From: a virus
IMG/VR virus record: IMGVR_UViG_3300044946_000078
Location: 1 to 64,000 of that record
DNA: 64,000 nt
Strand: one strand, 5' to 3'
The translations under genes and the position numbers were made by a program. The notes below the pieces were generated by a model. The model made no database searches, was not told the DNA's origin, and saw only the letters and a list, made by a program, of their open reading frames with translations. This document shows positions 35,001-45,392 of this stretch, piece after piece (the first letter of the stretch is position 1; each line of letters begins with the position of its first letter).

Positions 35001-37762
35001 ACATTGCCTAATTCATATTCCCTATTTGTTCCGTCAATTTTAGCAATAATCGTTTGACCATCTTGTTCAATGGTTGCTTTCTGCCCCTTGTACATTACCG
35101 GTTTGCCAATTACATCGCTCATTTTAGCAATATCTGAAGATGATGCCTTTTTATTAAAGGACTCAACAGCTCCCGGTTCGATTGATTGATCGTTATATTT
35201 ATCTGCAAATTCTTTTTCCTGCTCTGGCGTTAAATTATCTATATCAGGTCGCCCCATATCGTCCCATACTTTATAGGCCTTTAGGACGCTGCTATGGGTA
35301 ACTACCGTTGTGTTGTTGGGGTCTTCATCCAATGACTTTTTGAATGCCGGGATAACCCTTCCTAAAAAATCTCTAAACGTTTCACCAGTTTCACCAATCG
35401 GCTTATCCCAAGATGATATATCCTTTGCTATTTGATCTTTTGCTATTGGTGTTTCTGGGGTCTTCCCATCTGCATAATCTCCGTAATCAATAGTTCTAAG
35501 GGATTTATCCGGCTGGATAGTATTAGAAATAGGTTCGTGGGTATTTGATTCATTTTCATCTCCTGGTTCAATATGATTAATTCTTGCTGTATATTCTGGC
35601 ATCGATTCGATAGGATGCATCTCTTGAGCAATATCAATAAGTCCTTTCCCAAAGATATTTTCAGCCCCTTTCGAACGATTTGGATCGTAGGACTGTTCCG
35701 CAACCTCTCTTAACAATTGGGGCAGTTGTTCGGGTGTTGCATTTTCAAATATTGACTTACTATATCCTTTTATTTCTCCTTTGGCTATTTCGGCTTGCGC
35801 TTTCCCTACAAGATCATCGGACGATGGTTTTGAACTGAGCGATTTGATCTGCTCGTTAAGACCACTTAAATGTTCTTCCATTTGTGGCCTATAAGCATCA
35901 TCTGCATTTTCCAACGCGGCCTTTATATCATTTCTTTGTTTAAGGAGGTCTAATACTTTGGGTACATTTTGTGACGGTATATCGGTAGGCAACTTTCCCA
36001 ATGTTTCTTTTAAGTCTAAAAAGTCTTTAGCGTGTGCTTCGGCTTCATTGGGCAATAAGATACCATCCTTAACTAGGGTTGCCAGTGATTTATTTATTTC
36101 ATCTTGTGGGGCGGTAGCTATCAGGGCTTTTATATTGTTTGCCGATTTTTTACTGAACATTTCGGGAGACTTCAACAATGTTCCCAATATTCCAGTGAAA
36201 GCGGCTGCCCCCTCTCCGGCTTCTGGAACATCTTCAAATATTGGCCTGTTATTGGATAAGTTCGTTAGAACTTGAGTCCCTGATCCAATAAGCCCTTGCA
36301 TTCCTGCCTCTTTACCTATCTTACCAAGGCTTTGAACTACTGAATTTTTAGCAGCGGGAGTTAATTGAAGACCGCCCTTAATCAGGGGGTTTTCAAATGA
36401 GGGCGCACCTTCTGCACCAAATTTAGCTCCGGCATAGGTCATTAGCGCACCCTGCGCACCCTGAAGGGCACTTTCCCTTGTTCCCCTATTCTGAGCTATT
36501 TCCAAAGCTTCCTGCGGATCTTTCCCTTCATCTCTTAATTGACGATAATTATTTGTTACAGATTGGGCATATGCTCTTTGCATTATTTCTGGTGTAGTAA
36601 CTGCCGTTGCTGCGACTGGTCCTAACTCAGGACTACCGAAGAGTGAGCCACCAATACCACCAACAATACCAGTCGTTAATCCTTCAGCGGTTAATATGCC
36701 TTGCCCCCCCACAAAAGCGCCAGGAACACCACCAAAGCCTTTTGGAACCGGGATAGGTTCATCTGGATCATGCCTATGATAATCAGTTTCGAGCTTATTT
36801 ATGATGTCATTATCATTAGAATTAGCCAGAAAGTCGTAGTCATCAAGGTCCTTATTTCTTTTAGCGAAGGCCGTTCCCATTGCTTCAAAGAAGTTGGTTT
36901 GCGGCCGCGTTACTTGTCCGGTGGACGCATCGTATCCAAGATCACCAGTCCCTATCTTTTCGGCGTTTGAAAGTATTTTTGATGCGTTATATGACCGATT
37001 CCCAGAGGATGCTAAATAGGCGCTTCTGTTTACCTGATTTGCTATCTCTGGGTGATCATTAGCTATCTGTTTAATGAATTGTCCTGTAGTATTCCCCGTT
37101 GCGTCATTAGCTAAGTTTATTTTAGCCGCCGCCGCGTATCCGGTTTCTGGATCTAGCGCTTGATCATGGATATTTTTTATTTGCTCCTTTAGTTTCTGGA
37201 ACTTTTCGCTATTAGATGAAATATCAATGGGGTTAAGATTTGCACCTTTAATGGCGGCTTCTACTTGTTTTTGAACAAAATCAGATGCCATTTTTGTGGC
37301 TGCCGATTTAGAATACTTATCAATATTAGCCGCCGTATTCTTTTGTTCTTGATCGACTATTGCGGCATGTGCCTCGGGAGCAGATCTACCTATATTTGGT
37401 GATGGTATTGGAGCCCCGGGTATTTGTGGTTGCTGGGGTTCTGGTTGATACTGTAACGATTGTCCCGTTGCTGGCTGAAAGTTTGCGGGATTTACTTGGT
37501 TGGTAGCCTGTTTACTTGCTGCTTTTTGATAAAAATCGTCAAATCCTATTGTAAAATTCCCCTTTATGTATTTGCCATTTTCTCCATATGCTTGATCCAT
37601 TCCATTATAGACCTTTTGGGCATAGGAACTATCACTCATTTTTTGAGCGAATTGATCATACGGCAAATTAAAATTGCCTTTAGCATAAGCCCCATTATCT
37701 CCGTATGCTTGTTGCATACCTTGATAAACCTTTTGCAAATATGGATTATCTCCCTGCGGCAT
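32015..37762 (-). CDS. large ejection/cargo protein with circularly permuted histidine phosphatase domain
   Basis: 1915 aa downstream of the tail genes; VVTH at aa ~823 precedes RHGET at aa ~1054. Confidence 0.75.
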   Translation of the reverse strand: MPQGDNPYLQKVYQGMQQAYGDNGAYAKGNFNLPYDQFAQKMSDSSYAQKVYNGMDQAYGENGKYIKGNFTIGFDDFYQKAASKQATNQVNPANFQPATGQSLQYQPEPQQPQIPGAPIPSPNIGRSAPEAHAAIVDQEQKNTAANIDKYSKSAATKMASDFVQKQVEAAIKGANLNPIDISSNSEKFQKLKEQIKNIHDQALDPETGYAAAAKINLANDATGNTTGQFIKQIANDHPEIANQVNRSAYLASSGNRSYNASKILSNAEKIGTGDLGYDASTGQVTRPQTNFFEAMGTAFAKRNKDLDDYDFLANSNDNDIINKLETDYHRHDPDEPIPVPKGFGGVPGAFVGGQGILTAEGLTTGIVGGIGGSLFGSPELGPVAATAVTTPEIMQRAYAQSVTNNYRQLRDEGKDPQEALEIAQNRGTRESALQGAQGALMTYAGAKFGAEGAPSFENPLIKGGLQLTPAAKNSVVQSLGKIGKEAGMQGLIGSGTQVLTNLSNNRPIFEDVPEAGEGAAAFTGILGTLLKSPEMFSKKSANNIKALIATAPQDEINKSLATLVKDGILLPNEAEAHAKDFLDLKETLGKLPTDIPSQNVPKVLDLLKQRNDIKAALENADDAYRPQMEEHLSGLNEQIKSLSSKPSSDDLVGKAQAEIAKGEIKGYSKSIFENATPEQLPQLLREVAEQSYDPNRSKGAENIFGKGLIDIAQEMHPIESMPEYTARINHIEPGDENESNTHEPISNTIQPDKSLRTIDYGDYADGKTPETPIAKDQIAKDISSWDKPIGETGETFRDFLGRVIPAFKKSLDEDPNNTTVVTHSSVLKAYKVWDDMGRPDIDNLTPEQEKEFADKYNDQSIEPGAVESFNKKASSSDIAKMSDVIGKPVMYKGQKATIEQDGQTIIAKIDGTNREYELGNVDKLSDQPVTSFNIQTQEPTAKIDNDGNIIVRGQKYVNTFDDPIQAINRDKDGNIVSVNLETPDGQKRTFKGDAADDLAYQLTLQHITANNETKSLFEEFLNDPENSDAVQNGGLSKAAQEQSTSPDEQIHVVRHGETDDNAAGFFRSNDAQLTENGINEAKAAGEELLNKLNGRQIPKIISSDLPRTIHTSNLIHEVVSGEKAPPSAIEINDNEHPNWAADAVQGSYDRLIEGGADPNDPDMVRMKQTIEELKNKAHAINDEDGAKLFIEDNEPKLLKQNPNAIPEQTTNEMGVRNEEALRPGVGGQNEGPQEFTENSSNEKKEGSGEKIDPQLTSLMNKVTGVKRAQFGLPEAEKTARKEFGEIWQEAQDAIDNNKMSATTIISSTLKKPRPWSDVENAVVLKHQIGLESQLGQTQEGLIKAQEAKDQNSIDDLHVRQQALLAQLQDVYDAGKKAGTENARGLATRQIIARNQYSLENMVNRMRAAKGDGAKLTIEEMNDVKNSFNEINDQEDKLQKMATAGFTSQKSNQAGAIRTALTNLRKAQNNFNQKVSQIAAPVNKAWAEKAGDIFLNYEREAKLSGITTLAKLGAAGVTRLVQTPVEDAIGGLLSKIPGISKIAKQATSEGNLHIAAEAKIFTDGIIKGIKDIGDVWDKKTGHQTEIDVLGGKSPMPDEGINFFGRIHKTIKTPIRRAIFEKSFMNQTFNNMKNGVNVKDPVLIEKMAIQAVKDADRAIFMSDNLVTDAYKATIRSLEKSDKPGGKAVATGLKWFIPFVKVPTNIIGETGTLAGGGLLRAGWDITSQLMKKSFDNMEPEMANRIMRNLKKGSFGAALLTIGALNPEHFGGFYQKGEKKEDGEPNWGEANVMGVNVPRWLLESPVFQTMQLGATARKLMDKSVDTDDDPHMTNAIIASMMGLAEEAPLFPSNIGNLSTEKGRGQYFNDLAKNTVDPVLLQQISQWQSGGTKYAPENMGQPIESGLPWLNKNVPEKEER

Positions 37763-37765
37763 ATA

Positions 37766-39196
37766 TTAATTGAATGCTCCTGCGTTTTCTTTTACGTTAG
37801 CTGTTTTTGTTGTTGGTGGCGTTACTTGTGGATTAACTCCGGTACCCGCCAACGATGCTGGTAACCCCTTTATGGTTTTACCTATTTCTGTTTTCAATGA
37901 ATTGGCATCGTACCATTCATTGTTATTGTAGTATGGATCAAGCATTGGCGTTCCGTCATCATTCATTATTGGCTGTCCGGTATGCTTATTCTTTTTATAG
38001 AATATCCCCCTTACTGCTGAGCCATCTGAATTGAATGTGTAGGTGTCTGGGAGCACTTTATGCGAATATGTCCCTTGACCTAGGGATCGAAGGATTATAT
38101 AATCTTTATTTTTAGGTTCAAATTCTTGCGTTCCATCTGGATGAACAATGGGATTGGCTTGAGCATCTTTCCATGAATTATCTACGTGGCTACTATTGGC
38201 TGCTGCTTGGGTCGATGCGTCCTGCATCTTATACCAATGATTATAATCAACTAATTCTTTTCTGTCCCCTTGTCTAACTCCTTCCATTTGTAGCCTATTT
38301 CTTTGCAATATATTTTGATGAGCAGCAAAATTGGGCTTAATCAAGGGCGCTCCTTCCGTATTTAATGCAGCGTTCGATGCTATATGAAATCCAGCAAATA
38401 GTTCTGCCGAATTTTGAGGAGGTCTTCCATATGCGTCCACGAATGCCTTATAAGATTGCGTATACAGAGCCGGATCATTTACTATTCGATCCGCCTGTGC
38501 TTGGATGCGTCTATCTGTGCCGTATAATGTCATAGCCGCATTTCCATAGGCCTGTTTTTGGGTTTTATCATACCCCATAGGAATGTATAGATTCCCATCC
38601 GATTTTGTTTGTGCAGGTCCTATTGGAACCATTTTAATATTCTTCATGAGTCCTGCCTGTTGCGCTTGTAATGTTTTGGCGTCCAGTGGCTGCGTATTCA
38701 TATGAAGCTCATTAATATCTAGGGGCTTACTTCCTGGCGAATTTATTGGCAAATTATTGGCATGGAGGGAGGGGATAATTTGATCATTATCGAATAAGTA
38801 GCTCCTAGTTGGATCTGACCTTAATTTTAATACCTGATCACTTATATTCTGACGATCTTTACTGCTTTGAATAAAGGCCATAGCATCATTGTAGCGAGCA
38901 TTATTTTCATTAAGCGCAACTCCTTTATCATTACCTGGATGTAAAATATTTTCTTTATTTTCGGCATAATGATCCTGCCACGCGTTGACTTTACTTAAAT
39001 AATCTGGCATATCCGCCGGTCGTACCCCGTCTGGATTTAATTCCTTGTGCTGGTTCTGATAGTATTCATTTAAAGAATCATCCCTAGCTTGTTTCCTTGC
39101 TAGAAGATTGGCAGCAAAAGAAACTGCTGGTGATGTATCTATTGGTACCGCACCTGCCGTATATAATCCCCCTGGTAAATTAATTCCGTCAGCCAT
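37766..39196 (-). CDS. putative ejection (internal virion) protein
   Basis: Position; helical, Asn/Gln/Ala-rich. Confidence 0.55.
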   Translation of the reverse strand: MADGINLPGGLYTAGAVPIDTSPAVSFAANLLARKQARDDSLNEYYQNQHKELNPDGVRPADMPDYLSKVNAWQDHYAENKENILHPGNDKGVALNENNARYNDAMAFIQSSKDRQNISDQVLKLRSDPTRSYLFDNDQIIPSLHANNLPINSPGSKPLDINELHMNTQPLDAKTLQAQQAGLMKNIKMVPIGPAQTKSDGNLYIPMGYDKTQKQAYGNAAMTLYGTDRRIQAQADRIVNDPALYTQSYKAFVDAYGRPPQNSAELFAGFHIASNAALNTEGAPLIKPNFAAHQNILQRNRLQMEGVRQGDRKELVDYNHWYKMQDASTQAAANSSHVDNSWKDAQANPIVHPDGTQEFEPKNKDYIILRSLGQGTYSHKVLPDTYTFNSDGSAVRGIFYKKNKHTGQPIMNDDGTPMLDPYYNNNEWYDANSLKTEIGKTIKGLPASLAGTGVNPQVTPPTTKTANVKENAGAFN

Positions 39197-39205
39197 TCTT
39201 AAAGT

Positions 39206-39880
39206 TTAATAAGGTAACCCCATTGGAATATCGGTATTAGGTTGTCGTGAGTAAACAGAAGATGCTGTCCCAGATAAATTATATGGTGCCGGAGAGGAGC
39301 TACCATTATTTGTCCCGTACATTTTATTAAGCATCATTTGATTGCTCAAACTATTTAATCCGCTATTAAATGTCTGTAGCCCGGCATTAGCCACCTGATT
39401 TTGCCCCGCCGCCTTCATCGCCAATAGATTATAATTTCTCGTAAATGGTTGAACCTGATTTATATCAAAAGCTTGTTCCTGTTGTTGGGTTTGCGCACCA
39501 GCAGCTTGCCCCAATTGCGCTAGGGCCGAAGACTGTTGTTGTTGAACTGCTGCCGTATTTGCTAACTGAGCGCCTTGCGAGCCAGCTACAACTGCCCCAA
39601 CACCACCTATTGCCGACCGGCGATCTTGTAGCCCCTGTATCCCGGCAGCTTGAGCACTTTGTATATTTTGTAACTGCTGCTGATATGCTGCATTTTGGTA
39701 TGGGTTAAGGCTATATCTGGCTAATGCCTTTTGATAGTAATCGGCAATAGATTGACTAGGGGTATAGACCAGACTTTGCTTGCGCTCTAATTCCTCTTGC
39801 GTTTTATGTGCCTGAATGCCTTTATATATTGTTTCTCCGGCCCCTATGGCTAATGATGCTATTGGTATTGCTACTGGCAT
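39206..39880 (-). CDS. putative pilot / DNA-transfer protein
   Basis: Hydrophobic N-terminus; Gln/Ala-rich; first gene of the ejection cluster. Confidence 0.6.
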   Translation of the reverse strand: MPVAIPIASLAIGAGETIYKGIQAHKTQEELERKQSLVYTPSQSIADYYQKALARYSLNPYQNAAYQQQLQNIQSAQAAGIQGLQDRRSAIGGVGAVVAGSQGAQLANTAAVQQQQSSALAQLGQAAGAQTQQQEQAFDINQVQPFTRNYNLLAMKAAGQNQVANAGLQTFNSGLNSLSNQMMLNKMYGTNNGSSSPAPYNLSGTASSVYSRQPNTDIPMGLPY

Positions 39881-39881
39881 A

Positions 39882-40322
39882 TCAAAGATTTGCTAATATT
39901 ACACAATTATTTTCCTTATCCTCCTTAATGATACTCATTCCGCATTTCAAGAGCCAATTTATACCTCGCGTATTATTCATATATAATGAGGCAACAAAAT
40001 CAGCCCCCATAATGTGTTTAATTTTACTCCACCATTCTTTAAGTACCTTCTTTTCCCTCCATTTTATCCCTATGCAAAAGCTAAACAGTAGAATATCTGC
40101 CGTAACAACATATCCTATTGCCTTTTTATCAAGAAGTACTTTATAATATTTCAATTCATACTGATCTGCCATTTCTAATATTAATTTCATCGTATGATCC
40201 ACACAAGATTCAAAATCCTGTTTAATTATATGGTATTTGTCAAAAAGATCCTGATCTCCCTGGTATGATATTGCTATCAATTCAGGAAGTTCATTAATGG
40301 ATGTTTTTTTCAATGAAACCAT
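39882..40322 (-). CDS. GNAT-fold-like protein
   Basis: AIGYVV...FCIG...NTRGINWLLKCGM; usual podovirus position after the nozzle gene. Confidence 0.55.
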   Translation of the reverse strand: MVSLKKTSINELPELIAISYQGDQDLFDKYHIIKQDFESCVDHTMKLILEMADQYELKYYKVLLDKKAIGYVVTADILLFSFCIGIKWREKKVLKEWWSKIKHIMGADFVASLYMNNTRGINWLLKCGMSIIKEDKENNCVILANL

Positions 40323-43300
40323 TTATGAAGCATTTAATGGCGAAGTGATGTATTTAAGCTTTACCTCCGAAATCCACACAAGGCCTGTCGGATTGGTCAC
40401 TTGTAATTGAATTCCCAAATAAGATCCTTTCATAGTATATCCATTTATCCACCCTCCCGGAGAATTAATATCCCTCATAAAACTGGTTTCAAATAGCCCT
40501 TCTAAGGTAGCAAAATTAGCTGGTATTAGCTTACTTTGTTGCCGAGTAGTTCCGTATGTATATTGATTCGTATAAATGAGCGGCGCTTCCCAAATCTGAG
40601 ACGCCAATTCGGCAATAGAAATGAAAGTTTTCTTTTCTATTAAATTCTGGTTGAATACTGTTTTTACATAACAGGGATATTGCACGCCAAAATAATTACA
40701 ATAAGGTGCTGTATTAGTATTCGGATTATTATCGTGAAAGTATAATTGCCCATTGAGGAATGTATAAAAATCTTCTTCAGCCGAAATTATCCATTCGGCT
40801 TCATTAAAGCTATATTTTGATCCATAAGCGTTGTTCTTTTCATTAAAGGCAATAGCGTAGTTTTGTATCGTTTGTGCCCCATTGGTACCAGCCTGTAAAA
40901 TTCCTATCCATTCTTCCTCAAAGAAATTATAGCATCCAATAATCCTAGCATTAGATCCGTCAGCTTTTGTCCAATTGCTAAGATATGGCGTAATGAGAGA
41001 CCGGATATAATATTGTCCTTTATACAATTCACTGACCGGAATTAGTCCATCTTGACTAAGACGAACCATATAGCCTCTAACCGGATCAAAAAAGTAATCC
41101 TGAATTTTGCCGGATACAAGGCTTTCGGGATGGTTACCTAGTCCAAATTCGCCTTCATAATATGGGGTATTCCCTATGGTAATGATGGCATTCGTCGTGG
41201 TAAGGACATTTTCTCCTGATGCTTGATTTATGAAGCTATTATAAACGCCTTTCTCAAAGCATCCTCTTGCTTGGAATCCACGTAATATCCTATCTCTTGA
41301 TTTTAAGCGTAATAGTGGCCCCTTTGCTCGATCTACTTCATCTTGGTTCTGATCATAGAACCTATTTAATTGGTTTATTTCAGTCCCAAATTGATCCGAC
41401 AGGCTCCATCTTAAAAGTGTTTCAAATGTATTTTGTTGAGCATTATCATCATAGGGCAATGGACGTAGATTGGCATTGTAGACTATGTTATAGGCGTCGT
41501 CAAAACTAGAATCCATAACGGGAATAGTTATGTAATTAAGGACATCCAGCCTTAAAGTAAAACCGCCTACTTGGCCAGTAAAGTTAGTGTCAATCCCTGG
41601 CAAAAATCCATAGAATAACCAAGCTTGCGTATTAGCAGGAATAGTTATAATTACATCTACCACTACTTCATATCCCTGAACGGTTGCCTCTTCTGTAAGA
41701 TTGAAATTTTGGAATAAATATTGGAATTGAGTAGGCGGTATATTAGCAGCATTCATAAAATATAGTGCCCCAAAAACAGTACAGCTTGTTGTGGCATTTA
41801 GGGGAATAGTTCCTCTAAGACGTATATTTTGCGGGCTACTTGTTTCATTCCAGTAAAGTGCCCTATCTGCATTTGTAGGAGAATATTGGGGATAATTGCC
41901 AGGCCCAAACCCTACTCCATTTTGTAATTGCTGATTTATTTGGTATGGTGCTGATCCAGCAGTAGGATTAACGACTCCTTGTGGATTCTCTGTTGCCTGA
42001 GTCGTAAATGTTTGAGAATGCTGGGAAAAGGCACATTGTTGTGCATTTATATAATAGCTTAACCCTGTAGGCACTTGTCTTTCTCTATAGAAAAAATCCC
42101 CATCCGACATTCTTATTATTGCCGGTGTTGTATAATCGATTGATTGAGATTGATCTGATCCTATATGAAATGCCGTATTGGTTCCTGGATTGCCTATCGC
42201 ATATTGTCTCCCAAAATCATAAAAAACTTCCTGATCTTCTGTGACTCGCTTTGCGTAATTATATATTAATATTTTATATCGCTGAAAATTGTCCGATTGA
42301 AGAGGCGTCAATCCACTTGCAAATCCAAAATTGAATGATGCACTAATATCAGTAGTTGGGTATATTATCTTGATAAAAGACCCCTCTTGAATAATCCCAT
42401 TTAATACCGGATCTGTTTCAACTGAAACTATTTGATAATCATTCGCAGGACTCATCTGAACAGAGCTGCCATTCAAGGGATAGTTTATTAAAAATCTGAT
42501 TCTATCGCCTTGTGAAAATGTATATCCGACAACTGGTGTGCCTCCTGGATTTGCAGTCGTTACATTTTCATTGTATAATTCCATATTTGAATATCCAATG
42601 TAAGCATATTGGTAACCAGTTGCTAGGTCAGTATTGACAAAAGTCTGGTTACATATCCACATTAAATATTTATCATAGGTTAGATTTAACGATCTTACAA
42701 TTGAATAGTAATAGGCATAAAGAGGTGGCTGATTATTGATAGTAGCTATTATCTGTGGTGTAAGATTACCAGATAAATCATTTAAAGTGGTGATCCCATT
42801 ATTGGAAGGGAATTGAGCCCCTATTGTTCTACCTTTTTGATCATAATAGCATACAGCCAATTGATATGCGCATCTGTCTACAAAAGAATATACGGATTCG
42901 GTATATGGAGAACTTCCTCCCGTTGTTGAGTTAGTTGTTTGGGCATAGTACAATGATACATTAGTCAATGATACGGTGAATGAATTTGCCCCAACTGAAC
43001 CAACTAATGTAAATCCTTTAACCTCGGCGGCCGCTAAAATACCATCAAGAATTGTGGCAATCGAGGTATTTGATCCGCTTGAATATTGGAATGAATTATT
43101 TGTTCCAGCAACACCATAGGTCACTGTATAGTTTAGCCCGTTGCCGGGGATATTTCCCGCTCCGTCATTTGTCCCAAATAAATATATTGTTATGTTATCG
43201 CCAACATTACCATAGGAATCAAGTCCAGATTGAGACGCAAAAAACAAAAGGCCATTTATATCATTAACAGGAGGTATATAATTAAGATTGGATGTTAAGG

Positions 43301-44342
43301 TCATATTTATCGGAGTCTGATTGTATCCCTCCGTAATATTCCCCATTATAATGGTATTACCATTTAACAATTCTAGGCATTGGGCCGCAATGGGACAGAA
43401 ATCAAAAAGTTGAACGATTTGGGCCGGATCGGCAGATACATATACGCCATCATTATAAAAGTCAAATTGATAAATGCTATTATCTGGTATAGCCAACATT
43501 GCTTTATCGAACGACTCAACCAAAAGCCAATTGCTATTCTCAACATTATCTGTTGCTTGCTGCACCCATAATTCAATTTTTATTACATCTTCATCTCCTG
43601 TTGAAAAAAAAGTGTAAATAAAATTATTGCTTGTCTGATCGCTATATATATCTTGGTTGAATGTTTCATTTGGTAGTGACACTCTACTACCGACACTATA
43701 TACAGGTTTCATGTAATCTCTGTATACGTATCTGGTCCTAAACTTGAACAAGGCATTTTGCAGATTATTCAAATTAGTAGATGGATCGTTGCCATAACAA
43801 CATCTGACGGGACACCTGGGCGGCGCTTTTGCCAAATCGATGAATGACCGCTTAGTTACTGCATAAGGAGTATTTAAGAAGAAAAGTATATTGATGCAAG
43901 TTGGTCTCCCTTGACTATCCAGGTAAACGAGTAAATCCCCTTGAATATCTTCTTGGTATACGATAACTATAGAAAGAATTGGATTATTAAGTGTAAACCC
44001 AAGTATATCCCCTTGGGTAGCCGAACCATTTATTAAAAGGGTTTGAATTGTTTTAGGAACGGTATTGTATATGAATATGGCATGATTGCCGTTACTATTC
44101 CAGTTGAACCAAATTATCCTTTGGCTTACTTGGTCATAAAATGCACCTATACATTCATTATTCCCAGCCGGAAGTGCAGAATTGGATATTAATGAATTCC
44201 CTATTATATTTTGAACTCGCCTATTATTAGCTTCACCCCTATACACTACATTTAAAGCGTCCAATACTGAAAAAAAGTCTACTTCCGTCTCGGATAAGTC
44301 GGTATCTAAAATAGCATTGAATCTTTTTATCTGTACTGGCAT
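40323..44342 (-). CDS. tail muzzle/nozzle (stabilisation) protein
   Basis: 1339 aa; DALN, YQLAVCYYDQKGR, GEFGLGNHPES and LSQDGLIPVS motifs typical of crAss-like / P22 gp10-type nozzles. Confidence 0.8.
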   Translation of the reverse strand: MPVQIKRFNAILDTDLSETEVDFFSVLDALNVVYRGEANNRRVQNIIGNSLISNSALPAGNNECIGAFYDQVSQRIIWFNWNSNGNHAIFIYNTVPKTIQTLLINGSATQGDILGFTLNNPILSIVIVYQEDIQGDLLVYLDSQGRPTCINILFFLNTPYAVTKRSFIDLAKAPPRCPVRCCYGNDPSTNLNNLQNALFKFRTRYVYRDYMKPVYSVGSRVSLPNETFNQDIYSDQTSNNFIYTFFSTGDEDVIKIELWVQQATDNVENSNWLLVESFDKAMLAIPDNSIYQFDFYNDGVYVSADPAQIVQLFDFCPIAAQCLELLNGNTIIMGNITEGYNQTPINMTLTSNLNYIPPVNDINGLLFFASQSGLDSYGNVGDNITIYLFGTNDGAGNIPGNGLNYTVTYGVAGTNNSFQYSSGSNTSIATILDGILAAAEVKGFTLVGSVGANSFTVSLTNVSLYYAQTTNSTTGGSSPYTESVYSFVDRCAYQLAVCYYDQKGRTIGAQFPSNNGITTLNDLSGNLTPQIIATINNQPPLYAYYYSIVRSLNLTYDKYLMWICNQTFVNTDLATGYQYAYIGYSNMELYNENVTTANPGGTPVVGYTFSQGDRIRFLINYPLNGSSVQMSPANDYQIVSVETDPVLNGIIQEGSFIKIIYPTTDISASFNFGFASGLTPLQSDNFQRYKILIYNYAKRVTEDQEVFYDFGRQYAIGNPGTNTAFHIGSDQSQSIDYTTPAIIRMSDGDFFYRERQVPTGLSYYINAQQCAFSQHSQTFTTQATENPQGVVNPTAGSAPYQINQQLQNGVGFGPGNYPQYSPTNADRALYWNETSSPQNIRLRGTIPLNATTSCTVFGALYFMNAANIPPTQFQYLFQNFNLTEEATVQGYEVVVDVIITIPANTQAWLFYGFLPGIDTNFTGQVGGFTLRLDVLNYITIPVMDSSFDDAYNIVYNANLRPLPYDDNAQQNTFETLLRWSLSDQFGTEINQLNRFYDQNQDEVDRAKGPLLRLKSRDRILRGFQARGCFEKGVYNSFINQASGENVLTTTNAIITIGNTPYYEGEFGLGNHPESLVSGKIQDYFFDPVRGYMVRLSQDGLIPVSELYKGQYYIRSLITPYLSNWTKADGSNARIIGCYNFFEEEWIGILQAGTNGAQTIQNYAIAFNEKNNAYGSKYSFNEAEWIISAEEDFYTFLNGQLYFHDNNPNTNTAPYCNYFGVQYPCYVKTVFNQNLIEKKTFISIAELASQIWEAPLIYTNQYTYGTTRQQSKLIPANFATLEGLFETSFMRDINSPGGWINGYTMKGSYLGIQLQVTNPTGLVWISEVKLKYITSPLNAS

Positions 44343-44345
44343 AAG

Positions 44346-45113
44346 TTATACCTTAACTGTAAATCTTTGATTGCGCAAATTCCATTCGTATGCGTCTTCA
44401 AATTCAAATGGTTCATATTTGCTCCATGCGAGACGACGATCATTGTAATATTTTTTAGATCGCATCATTATCATATTATTATTTACATGGGTAGAACTAG
44501 GCATAGATACAATGTCCATCCAACGAAGGAAGGAAATCATAGCCTCCCTAAATTGAATTGGTATTCGATAAGTGACCGACGGATCTGGGATAGACGTGTA
44601 TTCTACAATTAAATAATTATAATAAAAATGTTCATTGAGAATTATTATCCCAGCTTGATTATCTACTTTGTAATCCCCTACAAAGGGCCCTCCACTTGGA
44701 ACGCCAAATAGATTAAAAAAGGAGTCCCCATTCCAATAATTGAAAAACATGAACGAGTTATTCTGATAATAGTTAACTAAGGTATTATCTGTTACTTTTT
44801 GTTCTCGTTCGGGGCTTAATTCGGCGTAGAAAGTAAGTTTATCATTATACATTAATGGTATCACTTCTCCTTTCTGATTTAATACACCGATTTTAGACCA
44901 TTGCATACATCGGGATGGTAGGTACGCGGTAAAGTTTGAATTTATTGGGATTTTTTCAGATTGTATTCGGTAAAAAAAATCAAGCCCCATATCGTCCATG
45001 CCACGTACTGCTATATCCCACATCTTTACATATTTGTAGTCTCCTTGTTCGGATTCACTCAAATAGCTATTGACACAAGAATCAAGTGTTATATATTGGG
45101 CTGTTCCTGGCAT
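44346..45113 (-). CDS. tail ring / tubular protein
   Basis: Size and position; IP.QFREAM..F..W. Confidence 0.6.
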   Translation of the reverse strand: MPGTAQYITLDSCVNSYLSESEQGDYKYVKMWDIAVRGMDDMGLDFFYRIQSEKIPINSNFTAYLPSRCMQWSKIGVLNQKGEVIPLMYNDKLTFYAELSPEREQKVTDNTLVNYYQNNSFMFFNYWNGDSFFNLFGVPSGGPFVGDYKVDNQAGIIILNEHFYYNYLIVEYTSIPDPSVTYRIPIQFREAMISFLRWMDIVSMPSSTHVNNNMIMMRSKKYYNDRRLAWSKYEPFEFEDAYEWNLRNQRFTVKV

Positions 45114-45122
45114 TTTTTATAT

Positions 45123-45392
45123 TTAATAAGCGGCTAAAATATCTATCGATTCCATCAAATATAGGGTTTCGCCATTTTCAATAAATGGCTGCCCGGCATC
45201 TAACACATGATGCACTTTCATTCCTGGCTTAACATTCATTGGCCTTTTTTTAAGACCATTACCGCACGCAACTACTGTCCCCTTCATTGGTCTTTTTTTG
45301 ACCGAATCGGGCACATAGATACCTCCTAAGCTGATCTCATCAGGAGGATCGGGCCTTACTAATACTTTTGTTCTAATGGGTTGTATTGACAT
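45123..45392 (-). CDS. groES: GroES (Cpn10) co-chaperonin
   Basis: IQPIRTKVLV, GGIYVPD, GTVVACGNG, VKPG and DILA; likely start MSIQP. Confidence 0.9.
   Translation of the reverse strand: MSIQPIRTKVLVRPDPPDEISLGGIYVPDSVKKRPMKGTVVACGNGLKKRPMNVKPGMKVHHVLDAGQPFIENGETLYLMESIDILAAY

Noticed and set aside
32015-37762. Possible crAss-type virion RNA polymerase
   Set aside because: No DxDxD catalytic motif in an RNAP-like context was seen; the DTDDD near the C-terminus does not fit
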